A stretch of 64,000 bases of DNA from Candidatus Dormiibacterota bacterium (GCA_963808125.1 CAWEEP010000056.1:19759-83758), one strand, 5' to 3'. Shown: positions 48,777 to 57,844, counted from the stretch's first letter. Translations and numbers: made by a program. The notes: generated by a model from the letters alone, not told the origin.

Positions 48777-49022
48777 CTAGTCGATCGAACGGCCGATCCA
48801 CACGGCGAGGAAGCACTCCCGCATCGACGCGCCGGGGTTGAGCCGGCGGTACTCCTGCGCCGCAGCGGCGCCCCCTCGGTGGAGCCTGAGCATGGTCCGG
48901 AACCGGTCGTACTCGGGCGAGGCGAAGACCGTCGGGGCGTCGAAATGCCGGTTGACGAACTCGGCGGCACCATCGAGCGGCGTCTTGTTGCGGAGAAATG
49001 AATGCAGGGCTCCCCAGGCCAT
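48777..49022 (-). CDS. hypothetical protein
   Basis: 81 aa ORF at the left edge of the lower-GC island. No recognised motifs. Confidence 0.3.
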   Translation of the reverse strand: MAWGALHSFLRNKTPLDGAAEFVNRHFDAPTVFASPEYDRFRTMLRLHRGGAAAAQEYRRLNPGASMRECFLAVWIGRSID

Positions 49023-49059
49023 AGCGGCGCCGATCGTACGCGGTCTGATCCGTCACTTC

Positions 49060-49100
49060 CTACTCCCCGATGTCCGAAGATGAGTGACATCGGGGAGTAG
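49060..49100. repeat. perfect 15-bp inverted repeat CTACTCCCCGATGTC-N11-GACATCGGGGAGTAG
   Basis: Read directly from the sequence. It lies in the divergent intergenic region between the genes starting at 49022 (-) and 49388 (+). Confidence 0.9.
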
Positions 49101-49387
49101 ACAAGCGGCTACGGGATTTGCTAGGGATGATCGGCATGGGAGCCGGCACCGCTCGTGCGCGCGCTGGCTTCGATTGTTGTCCCTCCACAGACGGTGCGCT
49201 TCCAGCTCAGCCGGAGCCTCGGTCAGGCGTTCGAGTGACGGCGCTCACCCCAGTCGACGCTGAATCCTGCCATCGCGAGCGCGACGAAGATCGGCGCTCG
49301 GTAGCTCCGGCCCGGTTAGCGTCCGCTCCGACCAATGGTCCACTCGTCTAGAGTGCGGTGTGACATTCAGCCTAGGGAGGTTCCACC

Positions 49388-50735
49388 GTGGATTGCAGCA
49401 ACCAGCCCAATCGGACCTCGGGCCCTCTCGCGGCACGGCTCTGGTTTCGGAGGCTGGCCATCAGCGGGGGAATGACTTCTCGCGGCCCTCGGCCTGGCGG
49501 GCCTTACGGCTCCCCTGGCCCTCGCCGCCACCCAGACGCTGACGGTCACCACGCTCTCCGATCCCGCGACGTCAGTGGCCTGCCCGGCAACCGCCGGCAA
49601 CCCGTGTTCGCTGCGCGAGGCGATCACCGTCGCCAACGGGGACACGGGTGACACCATCAGCCTCCCGGCCGGCTCCTACACCATGACGCAGGGCGTGCTG
49701 ACCCCGGTCACGGCGTCGATGAGCTTCGCGGGGGCTTCGGCCCAGAGCACTGTCATCAACGGGACGAGCGGCGACGATGGCCCACTCTTCATCATCTCCG
49801 CGGCCGACCACCTGACCGTCCACTTCTCGAATCTGGCCATCCAGGATGCGGACAACACAGAAAGTGGTGGCAACGCCGGCGCAGTCTACTTCGGCGGTAC
49901 CGACACCGCAGTCGTCACGGACGTCGCGTTCATCGACAACACGGGGAATGCAGAAGGCGCCTGGGACAATGATACGGGTAGCACCACCACGATGACCGAC
50001 GTGACATTCAGCGGCAATGAGGCCACGTCCCCGACCAATGCGGGGGATGCCGCAGCTCTGCTCAACGTCGGCAGCCTGACCCTCACCAACGCGACCATCG
50101 CCGACAACATCGGCGATTCGGGGAGCGACGCCGCGGGCGGCATCTTGAACGAGGGCACGCTGAGCATCACCAACAGCGACATCGTCGGCAACAGCGGCGA
50201 CGGACCCACCGGGGGGGTCTGGATCCTGGGCTCCACCGACGTGGTCAACTCCATCATCTCGGGCAACACCCAGGACGACGCCACAACGAACGACAACTGC
50301 AATGGTGCCGTCACGACGACCAGCCACAACATCGAGGACGGCGCCACCTGCGGCTTCACCAGCGGGTCCGACCTCGACGCCAACCCTGATCTCGGCGCCC
50401 TCGGGTACAACGGCGGATCGCTGGAGACAGAGGCGCTGCTGACCGGAAGCCCCGCCATCAACGCCGGTCTCAACTCCTCCTGCCCGACCGACGACGAGCG
50501 CGGGTTTACGAGGATCACGGCTTCCGACCCCATCTGCGACATCGGCGCCTATGAGTACGGTGCCGGGCCGGTCACGACCCCCACCCCCACCTCCGGCGGC
50601 GTTCCGGTCCCGGCAACGGGTGCGATCGAGGCGGGGACATCTTCCGGCTCGCTCTGGGCCCTGGTGCTCCTCATCGCCGGCCTGGGGCTGGCCGTCGAGG
50701 CGCTGCGATCGCGCGGCCGGCACCCTGCCGTCTGA
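49388..50735 (+). CDS. secreted right-handed beta-helix surface protein (choice-of-anchor-Q-like) with a C-terminal membrane anchor; one frameshift about 49476-49480
   Basis: An AGGGAGG RBS lies 7 nt before the GTG at 49388. The N-terminus ..WFRRLAISGGMT then shifts frame to LLAALGLAGLTAPLALAATQ (Tat-like signal). CSLREAITVANGDTGDTISL is followed by repetitive N/D/G/T-rich rungs. The C-terminus is VPATGA..SLWALVLLIAGLGLAVEALRSRGRH. Confidence 0.65.
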
Positions 50736-50757
50736 TCTGAGGATCCGAACCGGTCAC

Positions 50758-50800
50758 GACGGCCGTCCCTACCGCTCCATCCGGCGGGGACGGCCTCGTC
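50758..50800 (+). terminator. possible stem-loop terminator after the beta-helix gene
   Basis: GGCCGTCCC (50761-50769) pairs with GGGACGGCC (50787-50795), a 9-bp stem. There is no U-tract. Confidence 0.3.
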
Positions 50801-50931
50801 GCTCGGCCCTCACACGGGGCCCCGGGACGCGAAACGGCCCGACGCGCTCAGTCCTTGGCGATGCCGTCGGAAGTCCAAGCGTCCACCCGCAGGGACCGCT
50901 GCTTGTCAGCAACAGCGAGCTTGGACAAGCT

Positions 50932-51387
50932 TCACGGATGGTGGGGGCTGAGGATTAGGGGCATCTCGCTCAGGCCGGGTTCCAACACGCCAGCATCACG
51001 GCAAGCCAGCTCATGCCCAGCCGAGGTCGCTTGGACAGGAAGGCGCCCACTGCCGTAAGTATCGACCTTGACATTCACGGCTGAAGTCCCCGGCGGACCC
51101 GAAGGAGGCCCCCCATATGGCATGAAATTCGCGTCCATTTGGATCTTCCATTGGCCACACGCGGCATCGACGGTGTTGTCCCCGAACATCTGCACATTGC
51201 TCAGCCCCAGCGCACGAAGCCGATTGCGTGCCCAGGCCACCCCGGCATCCGTCGATCCCATGCCATCGTACTCACGGTTGTAGTCCTGATATGCGCCGTT
51301 GTCGATCTCAGTTCCCCGCGTGAACCCAGGAGGCCCCCCGATCGCGTTCAGAACTTGCTCGGGACTCAGGCCGCTCAGGAACAGCAA
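50932..51387 (-). CDS. hypothetical membrane-anchored protein (may start at the ATG at 51451 with a frameshift)
   Basis: 151 aa ORF. Upstream in the same frame is the hydrophobic stretch GAVLAVALIAAVVWLLFLSG, with no start codon in that frame. No recognised family. Confidence 0.35.
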   Translation of the reverse strand: MLFLSGLSPEQVLNAIGGPPGFTRGTEIDNGAYQDYNREYDGMGSTDAGVAWARNRLRALGLSNVQMFGDNTVDAACGQWKIQMDANFMPYGGPPSGPPGTSAVNVKVDTYGSGRLPVQATSAGHELACRDAGVLEPGLSEMPLILSPHHP

Positions 51388-51558
51388 CCAGACAACCGCG
51401 GCGATGAGAGCAACAGCCAGAACTGCTCCACAGCTGATCGGCGACCGCCATGCGCCACGCGGAGGCCGATCTGGGCCCGCGCTCGTGCGGGTCCGACCGC
51501 CGCTCGGCGGCTCCGGAGGATCAGGAAATAGCGTCCCTATACTTGGTGTAAAAGCGGA

Positions 51559-51584
51559 GGTGGCCTGAAAGCAAGAAGGCCACC
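51559..51584 (-). terminator. stem-loop GGTGGCCT-N10-AGGCCACC followed on the minus strand by CCGCTTTTA
   Basis: Read directly: an 8-bp perfect stem with a T-run on the minus-strand side. It lies downstream of the abiE / MBG-remnant block. Confidence 0.4.
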
Positions 51585-51647
51585 GACGAGATCTCCTTCA
51601 CAGCTCCTTATTCCACTCAGGAGACCCCACCAATGGCCGTGCCTAAA

Positions 51648-52013
51648 TTAGTTTCCCATCCTTTGACCTGCTCGCACAACTCGAGAACGCCGCCGCCGAC
51701 GGTGACATCGATCACGTTCGGGAGATCCTCCAGACCACCATGCACAGCAACTTGTGCCGTAGGGGCTCCCCGCAACCAGCGACGTCACCGTCGCCGTCGT
51801 ACTGCAGATGGGCCGGGTGGCCGGGGCAATGCTACCGTTGACCAGCCCAGTGTAGACAGGCGTCACCGCCGGCACTGGCCCACCGTAGGCCATGGTGGGG
51901 TTCGACGGGGTATGGCGCGGCCCGAGCAGCCGGTGAGGGACACCGCTGCACGGATCTGAGGCCTGGTCGGAGTGAACCCGATCACCTCCCAGACCCCGAT
52001 CGCCAGTGAGCAC
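51648..52013 (-). pseudogene. possible MBG-domain (large surface protein) remnant
   Basis: YGGPVPAVTPVYTGLVNGSIAPATRPICSTTATVTSLVAGSPYGTS resembles the YG..P.....Y.GlvnGd.....t......at..s.vGtY pattern. It is an isolated fragment. Confidence 0.3.
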
Positions 52014-52804
52014 TCACCGGAAGAGACGATCCAAACGCGAGAGCACGGCGCGAGCCATGGGCTCATACGCCGGTGGATCCTGCATCACCGCATGGACCGC
52101 GACGTCGAAGGTCCTCTCCATCATCGTGACATTGGTCCGGATGCGTTCGGCGTGATTGCCCGGTCGCACCAGGCCGGGCGAGAACTTGACTGGAATCAGA
52201 GCGGCGACATCGGCGTCGTCGATCGGCCCGGCCAGACCAGTGAACAGCATGCCGGCGTCAAGCAGGTCGCGCGGACGGCGTCGCTGGGCCAGCGTGCGCA
52301 GCTTCTCCGCGGCCATCTCTCGAGGAGCCATCGTCGGAAGCTCAAAGGCGTCGTAGTAGGGCGGTCCGACGGGCAGTGGAATCGGAGGCACCTGGATCGC
52401 CTCGCGATAGCTCACCTCGACGGAGACGTCACCGTCCCCGATCGGTCCCCGATAGTGGATCTTGTCGAAGTCCAAGCTCCGCTCGCTGTCCGTTGCCGCG
52501 ACTACTTTCCGCACCCTGAACAGGGGACGACCAGCAGCTGGATGACCCCGGCGACGGCCGCTTGGTCCAACTTGTGATGGGGTGGCGCCTGCCGCGTCAA
52601 GTCCACATCTTGAGAGAAGCGGCTGTGACCGTACACGTGCCGGAGCACGAAGCCGCCCTTGAAGCAGAGCTGGCCCGGAAACGCCTCCTCGAGGCCGGCA
52701 GCGATGCTCACCAGTAGGTAATCGCGTTCAGCCCACTCCAGAGGAATGCCTTGGGCGACAGCAAGATCACGCAGATCGTCGTCGGTTAGCACGCGCGACC
52801 TCAT
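52014..52804 (-). pseudogene. AbiEii/AbiGii-family nucleotidyltransferase toxin (type IV TA), frameshift about 52510-52530
   Basis: The N-terminal part has CFKGGFVLRHVYGHSRFSQDVDLT (ORF 52502..52852). The C-terminal part is ORF 52014..52514. The ATG at 52804 overlaps the abiEi stop (ATGA). Confidence 0.75.
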
Positions 52805-53632
52805 GGCAGTTCCAAGAGCTCCTCGCGCGTGGCGTTGGCGATCACCCGCCATGCGGACTGCGACACCCCGCCACGGAGGTCACCCGACGGGTCGAGAGGG
52901 ATGAAGCGCTTGCTGGCGCCCCGCAGCGCTCGAAGGGGGATGGCGGCATCTGGATCAGCCAGCATCTCGACCAGGCAGCCGATGCGGCGTGCCAGGAAGG
53001 TGTTGCTGTAGCGCCGTGTGGCTTCGGCAAGCCCGCCCACGAAGGTCGGGTCATGGTCAAGGCAGCGGCTGAGGCCCCGTGCCGCCTCCGAGAAGGTCAC
53101 GCCCCAGAGCGGGTGAGCAACGGCATCAAGGATTGCCCGCTCCGCTCGGGCGACCACCGTGGCACGGACAGGGTCGCCAGGCAGAGGCCTACCACCCCAC
53201 AGATCGGACGAGGGCACGCGGACGTACTGAACCGTCTGGCCCATCCAGGTCCACGACCGTTGCGGGTGGGCGACGAGAACGATGAGACGCCGGTATATCT
53301 GGTCGGTGAGGCGGGCGTGGTTGAGGGCGGCGCCACCGGTCACGAGATGCGGTTGCCGGGTTAGTTCCCCCACCAGGGCCAATGCACTGTCCCCCCAGAG
53401 TCCCTGTCGGGGAACGGAGTGCGTAGGCGCCGCGGCGCACGCGAACTAGATCGCCGCGCCGGACGGCACGGTCGACGCTACGCCTGCTGGCGGCACGTGA
53501 GAGCGTGAACTGGTCGACAAGGGGCCAGTCGTCCGGCAGGACCACAGTGCTCCGGTGGGCACGCCACAGCGACGTTATGAGTTCGGAGCGAGCCGCTGGC
53601 CCTGCATCGTGGTTGACCACACCGACGTTCAT
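52801..53632 (-). pseudogene. AbiEi-family antitoxin/transcriptional regulator, frameshift about 53400-53425
   Basis: The N-terminus has RSVDRAVRRGDLVRVRRGAYAL (ORF 53189..53662). It continues as ALALVGELTRQPHLVTGGAALNHARLTDQ in ORF 52801..53382. Confidence 0.7.
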
Positions 53633-54001
53633 GCCAGATATCGTACACGAAAGGGGGTGCATTCATCAACAGTCATTCTTGATGGAACGACGCTGGCGAA
53701 TAACCCAGACCACGACAACGGGTCACGGGGTCAGCGAGGCCTCCAGAACGTCCCTCTTCTGTCACGAAACACACAGTAATGCATATGTTATGCGTGCGAA
53801 TAGGGGTCAGCGGTGATCGACACCCACTCCGTGAGACAGGCGTCCACGATGTCGTGAGACATCACATTGGCGGAATTGCCTCCTCGACGCCCTCCTCCTC
53901 AAGCACCAGGTCCGCCAATGGGAGGCCGCGAAAGGCTAGCCACCGCCCCCGCTGCCTTCTTCTCCTCCAACAGACGACGTCTCAGGAGCGCATCGGTCGG
54001 C

Positions 54002-54259
54002 TCATTGGCTCTGCCCTTCGTGTTGGCCCAGGGCCTCCTTTGCTTGCAGTCTCTTCGCACGCAAACGACGAGCCCTCGTGATTTCGCGCACACCGACGGC
54101 AAATAGGAGAAGACCAGCATAAGCCGACCCCGCGGCGACGGCGCCAGCGATTATTCGGAGTAGGCCACAGACCAATGCCACAACGACAATGACGCCGCCC
54201 ACGACGGCGGTCCACGTGAAGCCTCTGATGACGGCGTCCAAGCCGCTCCGCCTGCTCAT
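54002..54259 (-). CDS. candidate immunity protein B (small 2-TM protein)
   Basis: A GAGGA lies 8 nt before the ATG at 54259. The protein reads MSRRSGLDAVIRGFTWTAVVGGVIVVVALVCGLL..AYAGLLLFAVGV.., with a basic tail. It lies directly after the toxin tip. Confidence 0.45.
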   Translation of the reverse strand: MSRRSGLDAVIRGFTWTAVVGGVIVVVALVCGLLRIIAGAVAAGSAYAGLLLFAVGVREITRARRLRAKRLQAKEALGQHEGQSQ

Positions 54260-54806
54260 GATCCACATCCTCTAGGTCCCGCGGCCACAGCGCTATACCC
54301 CCAGAGACTCCAATGCCGCCGACGGTAGCGGGCACGCCCAGGACAGACCAGGCACCAACAGTGCCAATGCCGGCATTGACAGCGCCTAACAACGTCCCCG
54401 AAGCGAGATCGCCGGCGACACCCCCGGCAATCATGTCACCGAGCCCGAGCGTCCCCACGGTACCAACGGCGACCACCACAGTAGCCGCGATCAACTGCGT
54501 TCCTTGACGGGTGCTGAGGGCCGTGTGGCATCCGCCATTGCTATTGGAGTTCCACCCAGCTCCGAACGGATTGCGTAGGCACAAACCCGAGTTCTGAACG
54601 GCATGCACGACCTTGCCACCGGTGGCATTCCAGGCGCCGGTCACCCAGCCGGGCAGGCCCCACTCGCCGCTTGGATCAGTCGCATTCAGCGGGTCCCCGG
54701 CAACATACCCATACGGCGACAACGTGCTCGCGACTTTCGGATCGACGGTGAGGAACTGACCGGTGGCGGGATCGTAATAGCGGGCAACTATGGCCGGCTT
54801 GTGCAT
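54260..54806 (-). CDS. orphan Rhs/YD-repeat C-terminal tip with a glycine-zipper-rich toxin domain (3' end uncertain; the ORF formally runs to 53982)
   Basis: It begins IVARYYDPATGQFLTVDP..SPYGYVAGDPLNATDPSGEW, the Rhs core-end motif, then GTVGTLGLGDMIAGGVAGDLASGTLLGAVNAGIGTVGAWSVLG... Past about 54270 the frame yields Arg-rich nonsense overlapping the immunity ORF. Confidence 0.65.
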
Positions 54807-54830
54807 GATCGTTGCCGAACTTCCGTCGGC

Positions 54831-55223
54831 CTATGTCGGCCGGGTGCGCTCACGCTCGACAAAGTCCTGCCACCAGTGCAGGCTAACCTTCACCCCACGA
54901 TTCCGAACAGGGTGCCGGAACCGCTTTGAGAGGTAATCCGCTGCCAATCGGCCTCCGCGTGCACTCAGCACAACTAATCTGATACCACACCCCACCATAG
55001 CAAGAAACGCAAGTACGACACCTAGCAGGCCCACAGCGGAGGAACCCGGATCCATGAACGCAGCCAGACCCACAGCGAGCAGGAGGCAACCCACCATCCC
55101 CAGGAACCATCTGTAGTAGGCGCTTGCGGCTGCAGCCGCGTCTGCTCCAATCAGAGGCTCAAGTTTCTGCCTGTATCGGGCGAAGTACCCGCCACGCGCT
55201 GGACGCGTCGGCTCATCAGTCAT
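54831..55223 (-). CDS. candidate immunity protein A (2-TM membrane protein)
   Basis: The ATG at 55223 overlaps the stop of the upstream toxin fragment (ATGA). It reads MTDEPTRPARGGYFARYRQ..WFLGMVGCLLLAVGLAAF..LLGVVLAFLAMVGCGI... Confidence 0.5.
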   Translation of the reverse strand: MTDEPTRPARGGYFARYRQKLEPLIGADAAAAASAYYRWFLGMVGCLLLAVGLAAFMDPGSSAVGLLGVVLAFLAMVGCGIRLVVLSARGGRLAADYLSKRFRHPVRNRGVKVSLHWWQDFVERERTRPT

Positions 55224-55573
55224 GGTGCAGAACAGTGAAGGCGCTGGAGCAGCCCCCAGAGCGCATCCGCGCCGGTTGCGGCAGCACCTGCGGCCCACGA
55301 CCCCCACGCCACAACCGCGCCCCCCAAGCCGAAGGCGGACGCCAAGCCACCAGTTGTGCCAGCCGAGCCCAGGCCGACAGCAATGCAGGCCTCGATGTCT
55401 CCCTGGAAGCATGACCGCGCGTCGAAGCTGGTCGCCAGACCACCCGCGACGGAACTAGACACTGCAAGTGCGGTCACTGAGAGTGCGGCTGCCGCCTCCG
55501 GAGCGAACAGGGCCCCGCCACTTCCGACGACGGAAACGACGCCGAGCGCCAGCGCACCCTCGCGTCCCGGCAT
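55220..55573 (-). pseudogene. 3' fragment of a polymorphic toxin (Gly/Ala-rich, glycine-zipper-like C-terminal domain) truncated by IS256
   Basis: 117 aa ORF whose apparent ATG (55571-55573) ends 2 nt before the IS terminal repeat at 55575. It reads ..CIAVGLGSAGTTGGLASAFGLGGAVVAWGSWAAGAAATG... Confidence 0.45.
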
Positions 55574-55574
55574 T

Positions 55575-56942
55575 GCTGTAAAAGCGAGCGGCTAGCCACG
55601 CGCTTGTTTTGGTCAGTTTAGGCGATAAGCTCCTGAGCGATCAAGTCCTCCTTGGCTGGTGAGCGGTGGGCGAGCAGTTGGCGGTCGAGGTCGGTGAGGC
55701 CGAGACCGCGGGCGCCACTGATGATGAGATCGAGGACCGCCCAGCAGAGGCTGAGGCAGCTCGTCTCCCCCGGGAAGCGGCCGATGACCTTGGCCCGGCG
55801 CCGAACCTCCTCCAGGGACCGCTCCAGCAGGTTGGTGCTGCGCAACCTGGCGCGGAGGTGGAGGGGATAGTCGAGGTGGACCGTCAACGCCGGCAGGTCG
55901 TCGGCCAGACAGGCCGCGGCGCTCGGGTACTGGGGCTCCAGGTCGGCGACCACCATCCGGAGGCGGTCCTCGGCGGCTTGGCGGGAGTCGGCCTCGTTGA
56001 GCGCCGCCCAGTAGGCGGCGCGGATCCGTTCGTGGAGGGCGGGGTTCTTGGGAAGTTTGGCGAGTATGTTGCGAAGGCGGTGCACAGCGCAGCGCTGACG
56101 ATCGGCGTCTGGCCAGAGCTCCTCGATCGCCCGGATCAGCCCCGGTGCGCCGTCGCTGACCACCAGGGCCGGCGCCCGAAGCCTGCGCTTGGCCAGATTC
56201 CTCCCCAGGTCCAGCCAGTCCTCGTGGCGCTCGCGCTGGCCGAGGCAGACGTCGAGCAGCACCCGCCTGCCGTCGCGGGTGTATCCCCAGGCCACCAGGA
56301 CGCCCTCCTTGGCCCCGCTGGGACGGGTGGGGAGGTAGATCGCGTCCATGAACAGGACGAGCAGGTCGACCTCCGCCAGCGACCGGGCCCGGAAGGCCTT
56401 GTAGCGGTCCCGGAGCTCCTGGCAGATGCGGCTCACCGTGCTCTTGCTGATCGTGCCCAGCCCGGCCTCGGCGATCAGGCTCTCGACGTCGCGGTCGGAG
56501 AGGCCGCGCACGTAGGCCCCGATGATCAGCGCCTCGAGCGGCCGGGTCCGGATCGCCACCCGGGTGTCCGGGATGATCTTGGGAACGAAGCGCTCGGCGC
56601 AATCGCGGAGCTGGGGGATGGCCAGCTCCACCTCGCCCTCGGCGGTCTGGATACGGCGGGGCCGCACCCCGTTACGCGATCCTCGGGCCTGCGGGGTGCG
56701 CTCGTAGCGGGCCCGCTGGAGGAAGGCGGTCACCTCCTCGTCGATGGCCCGCTGGAGCACCAGGCGGGCCCCCAGCCGTCCGATCTCGGCCAGCTTCTCG
56801 CCAGCCGGGGTTCCGCTCTCCAGCAGGGCGGTGATGGCTTCCTCCAACTGGGTGCTGGGCGCTACTCTCTTCTCCACGGCGTAGTTCTCCTCGGTGGTTT
56901 CCAGACCTACCGCGCGAGACTACGCCGCTCCACTTTTACAGC
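55575..56942 (-). mobile_element. IS256-family insertion sequence (about 1.37 kb), apparently complete
   Basis: Imperfect terminal inverted repeats: GCTGTAAAAG-CGAGCGGC.. at 55575 versus the reverse complement of ..GCCGCTCCACTTTTACAGC ending at 56942. They enclose one mutator-type transposase gene. No flanking direct repeat was found. Confidence 0.85.
55618..56877 (-). CDS. IS256-family (mutator-type) DDE transposase
   Basis: Intact 419 aa ORF with LFMDAIYLP.., LVVSDGAPGLIRAIEELWP..RQRCAVHRLRN and STNLLERSLEEVRRR, typical of the family. Confidence 0.92.
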   Translation of the reverse strand: MEKRVAPSTQLEEAITALLESGTPAGEKLAEIGRLGARLVLQRAIDEEVTAFLQRARYERTPQARGSRNGVRPRRIQTAEGEVELAIPQLRDCAERFVPKIIPDTRVAIRTRPLEALIIGAYVRGLSDRDVESLIAEAGLGTISKSTVSRICQELRDRYKAFRARSLAEVDLLVLFMDAIYLPTRPSGAKEGVLVAWGYTRDGRRVLLDVCLGQRERHEDWLDLGRNLAKRRLRAPALVVSDGAPGLIRAIEELWPDADRQRCAVHRLRNILAKLPKNPALHERIRAAYWAALNEADSRQAAEDRLRMVVADLEPQYPSAAACLADDLPALTVHLDYPLHLRARLRSTNLLERSLEEVRRRAKVIGRFPGETSCLSLCWAVLDLIISGARGLGLTDLDRQLLAHRSPAKEDLIAQELIA

Positions 56943-57833
56943 GCCACCGGTACGCCACCCCAAGCAGCTAGAGCAGCACGGTCTCACCGCCGGGGATCTG
57001 ACCATCACCGACACGGCGCTGGTCGCCGTCCTCCACAGGACACCCGCGAGGCCGGTGTCCGCCAGCTCGACCGGGCCATCGCCGAGATCGCGCGCAAGGT
57101 CCCTCGCAAGCTCGCGGAGGGCTCAGCGGAGCGGCTCGACGTCGGCCTCGACGACCTCGCCGACCTGCTCGGGCCGCAGCGCTTCGACTACGGGGAGACC
57201 CCCGACGAGGACCAGGTCGGCGCCGTTACCGGTGTCGTGGTCAGCGACGCGGGGGGCGACGTCATCACCGTGGAGGCGCTGGCCATCCCCGGGCGCAGCG
57301 ACCTTGTCCTCACCGGCCAGCTGGGCAGCGTCATGGAAGAGTTGGCCCGCGCCGCCCTCTCCTGGGCGCGGGTCCACAGCGAGCAGTACGGCGCCGCCGA
57401 GGACTTCTTCGACGGCAATGGGCTGCACATCCACGTCCCCGCCGGCGCCATCCCCAAGGATGGCCCCTCAGCGGGCGTGACCATGACCACCGCCATGGTC
57501 AGCGTCGCGACGCAGCGCAAGGTGCGGCGCGACGTCGCCATGACCGGGAGCACCCTGCGCGGCCGTGTCCTCCCCGTCGGGGGCATCAAGGACAAGCTGC
57601 TCGCCGCCCACCGCGCCGGCATCGCCACCTTCATCATGCCGCACAAGAACCGGCGCGACCTCCACGACATCGACGCCGATGTGCTCCAGAGCGTTCAGGT
57701 CATCACTGTCGACAACGTGACGGAGGTGCTGGAGCACGCGCTGCTCCCCGCCGAGACGGACCGCACCCGCCGTCCGGTCGGCTTCCTCTTCCCCTATCCG
57801 CCGGGCGGGAGCGCGAGCATCCCCACGGCGTGA
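56943..57833 (+). pseudogene. lon: Lon protease, 3' fragment only (end of AAA+ module plus S16 protease domain), one frameshift about 57040
   Basis: Homology starts at the IS boundary: ..PKQLEQHGLTAGDLTITDTALVAVLHR / YTREAGVRQLDRAIAEIARKV.., then PKDGPSAGVTM (catalytic Ser) and GGIKDKLLAAHRAG (Lys). The N-domain and Walker motifs are absent. Confidence 0.85.
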
Positions 57834-57844
57834 TGTGAGCAACC

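Noticed and set aside
53663-53981. ORFs in the AT-richer spacer between abiEi and the immunity-B gene (e.g. 53779..54081+, 53899..54120-)
   Set aside because: The translations show no motifs and overlap better-supported ORFs. The region may be the residue of a further cassette, but nothing is supportable.
55567-56950. 8-9 bp target-site duplication for the IS256 copy
   Set aside because: The flanks read CCGGCATT and GCCACCGG. Only a CCGG core is shared, which is not a convincing duplication.
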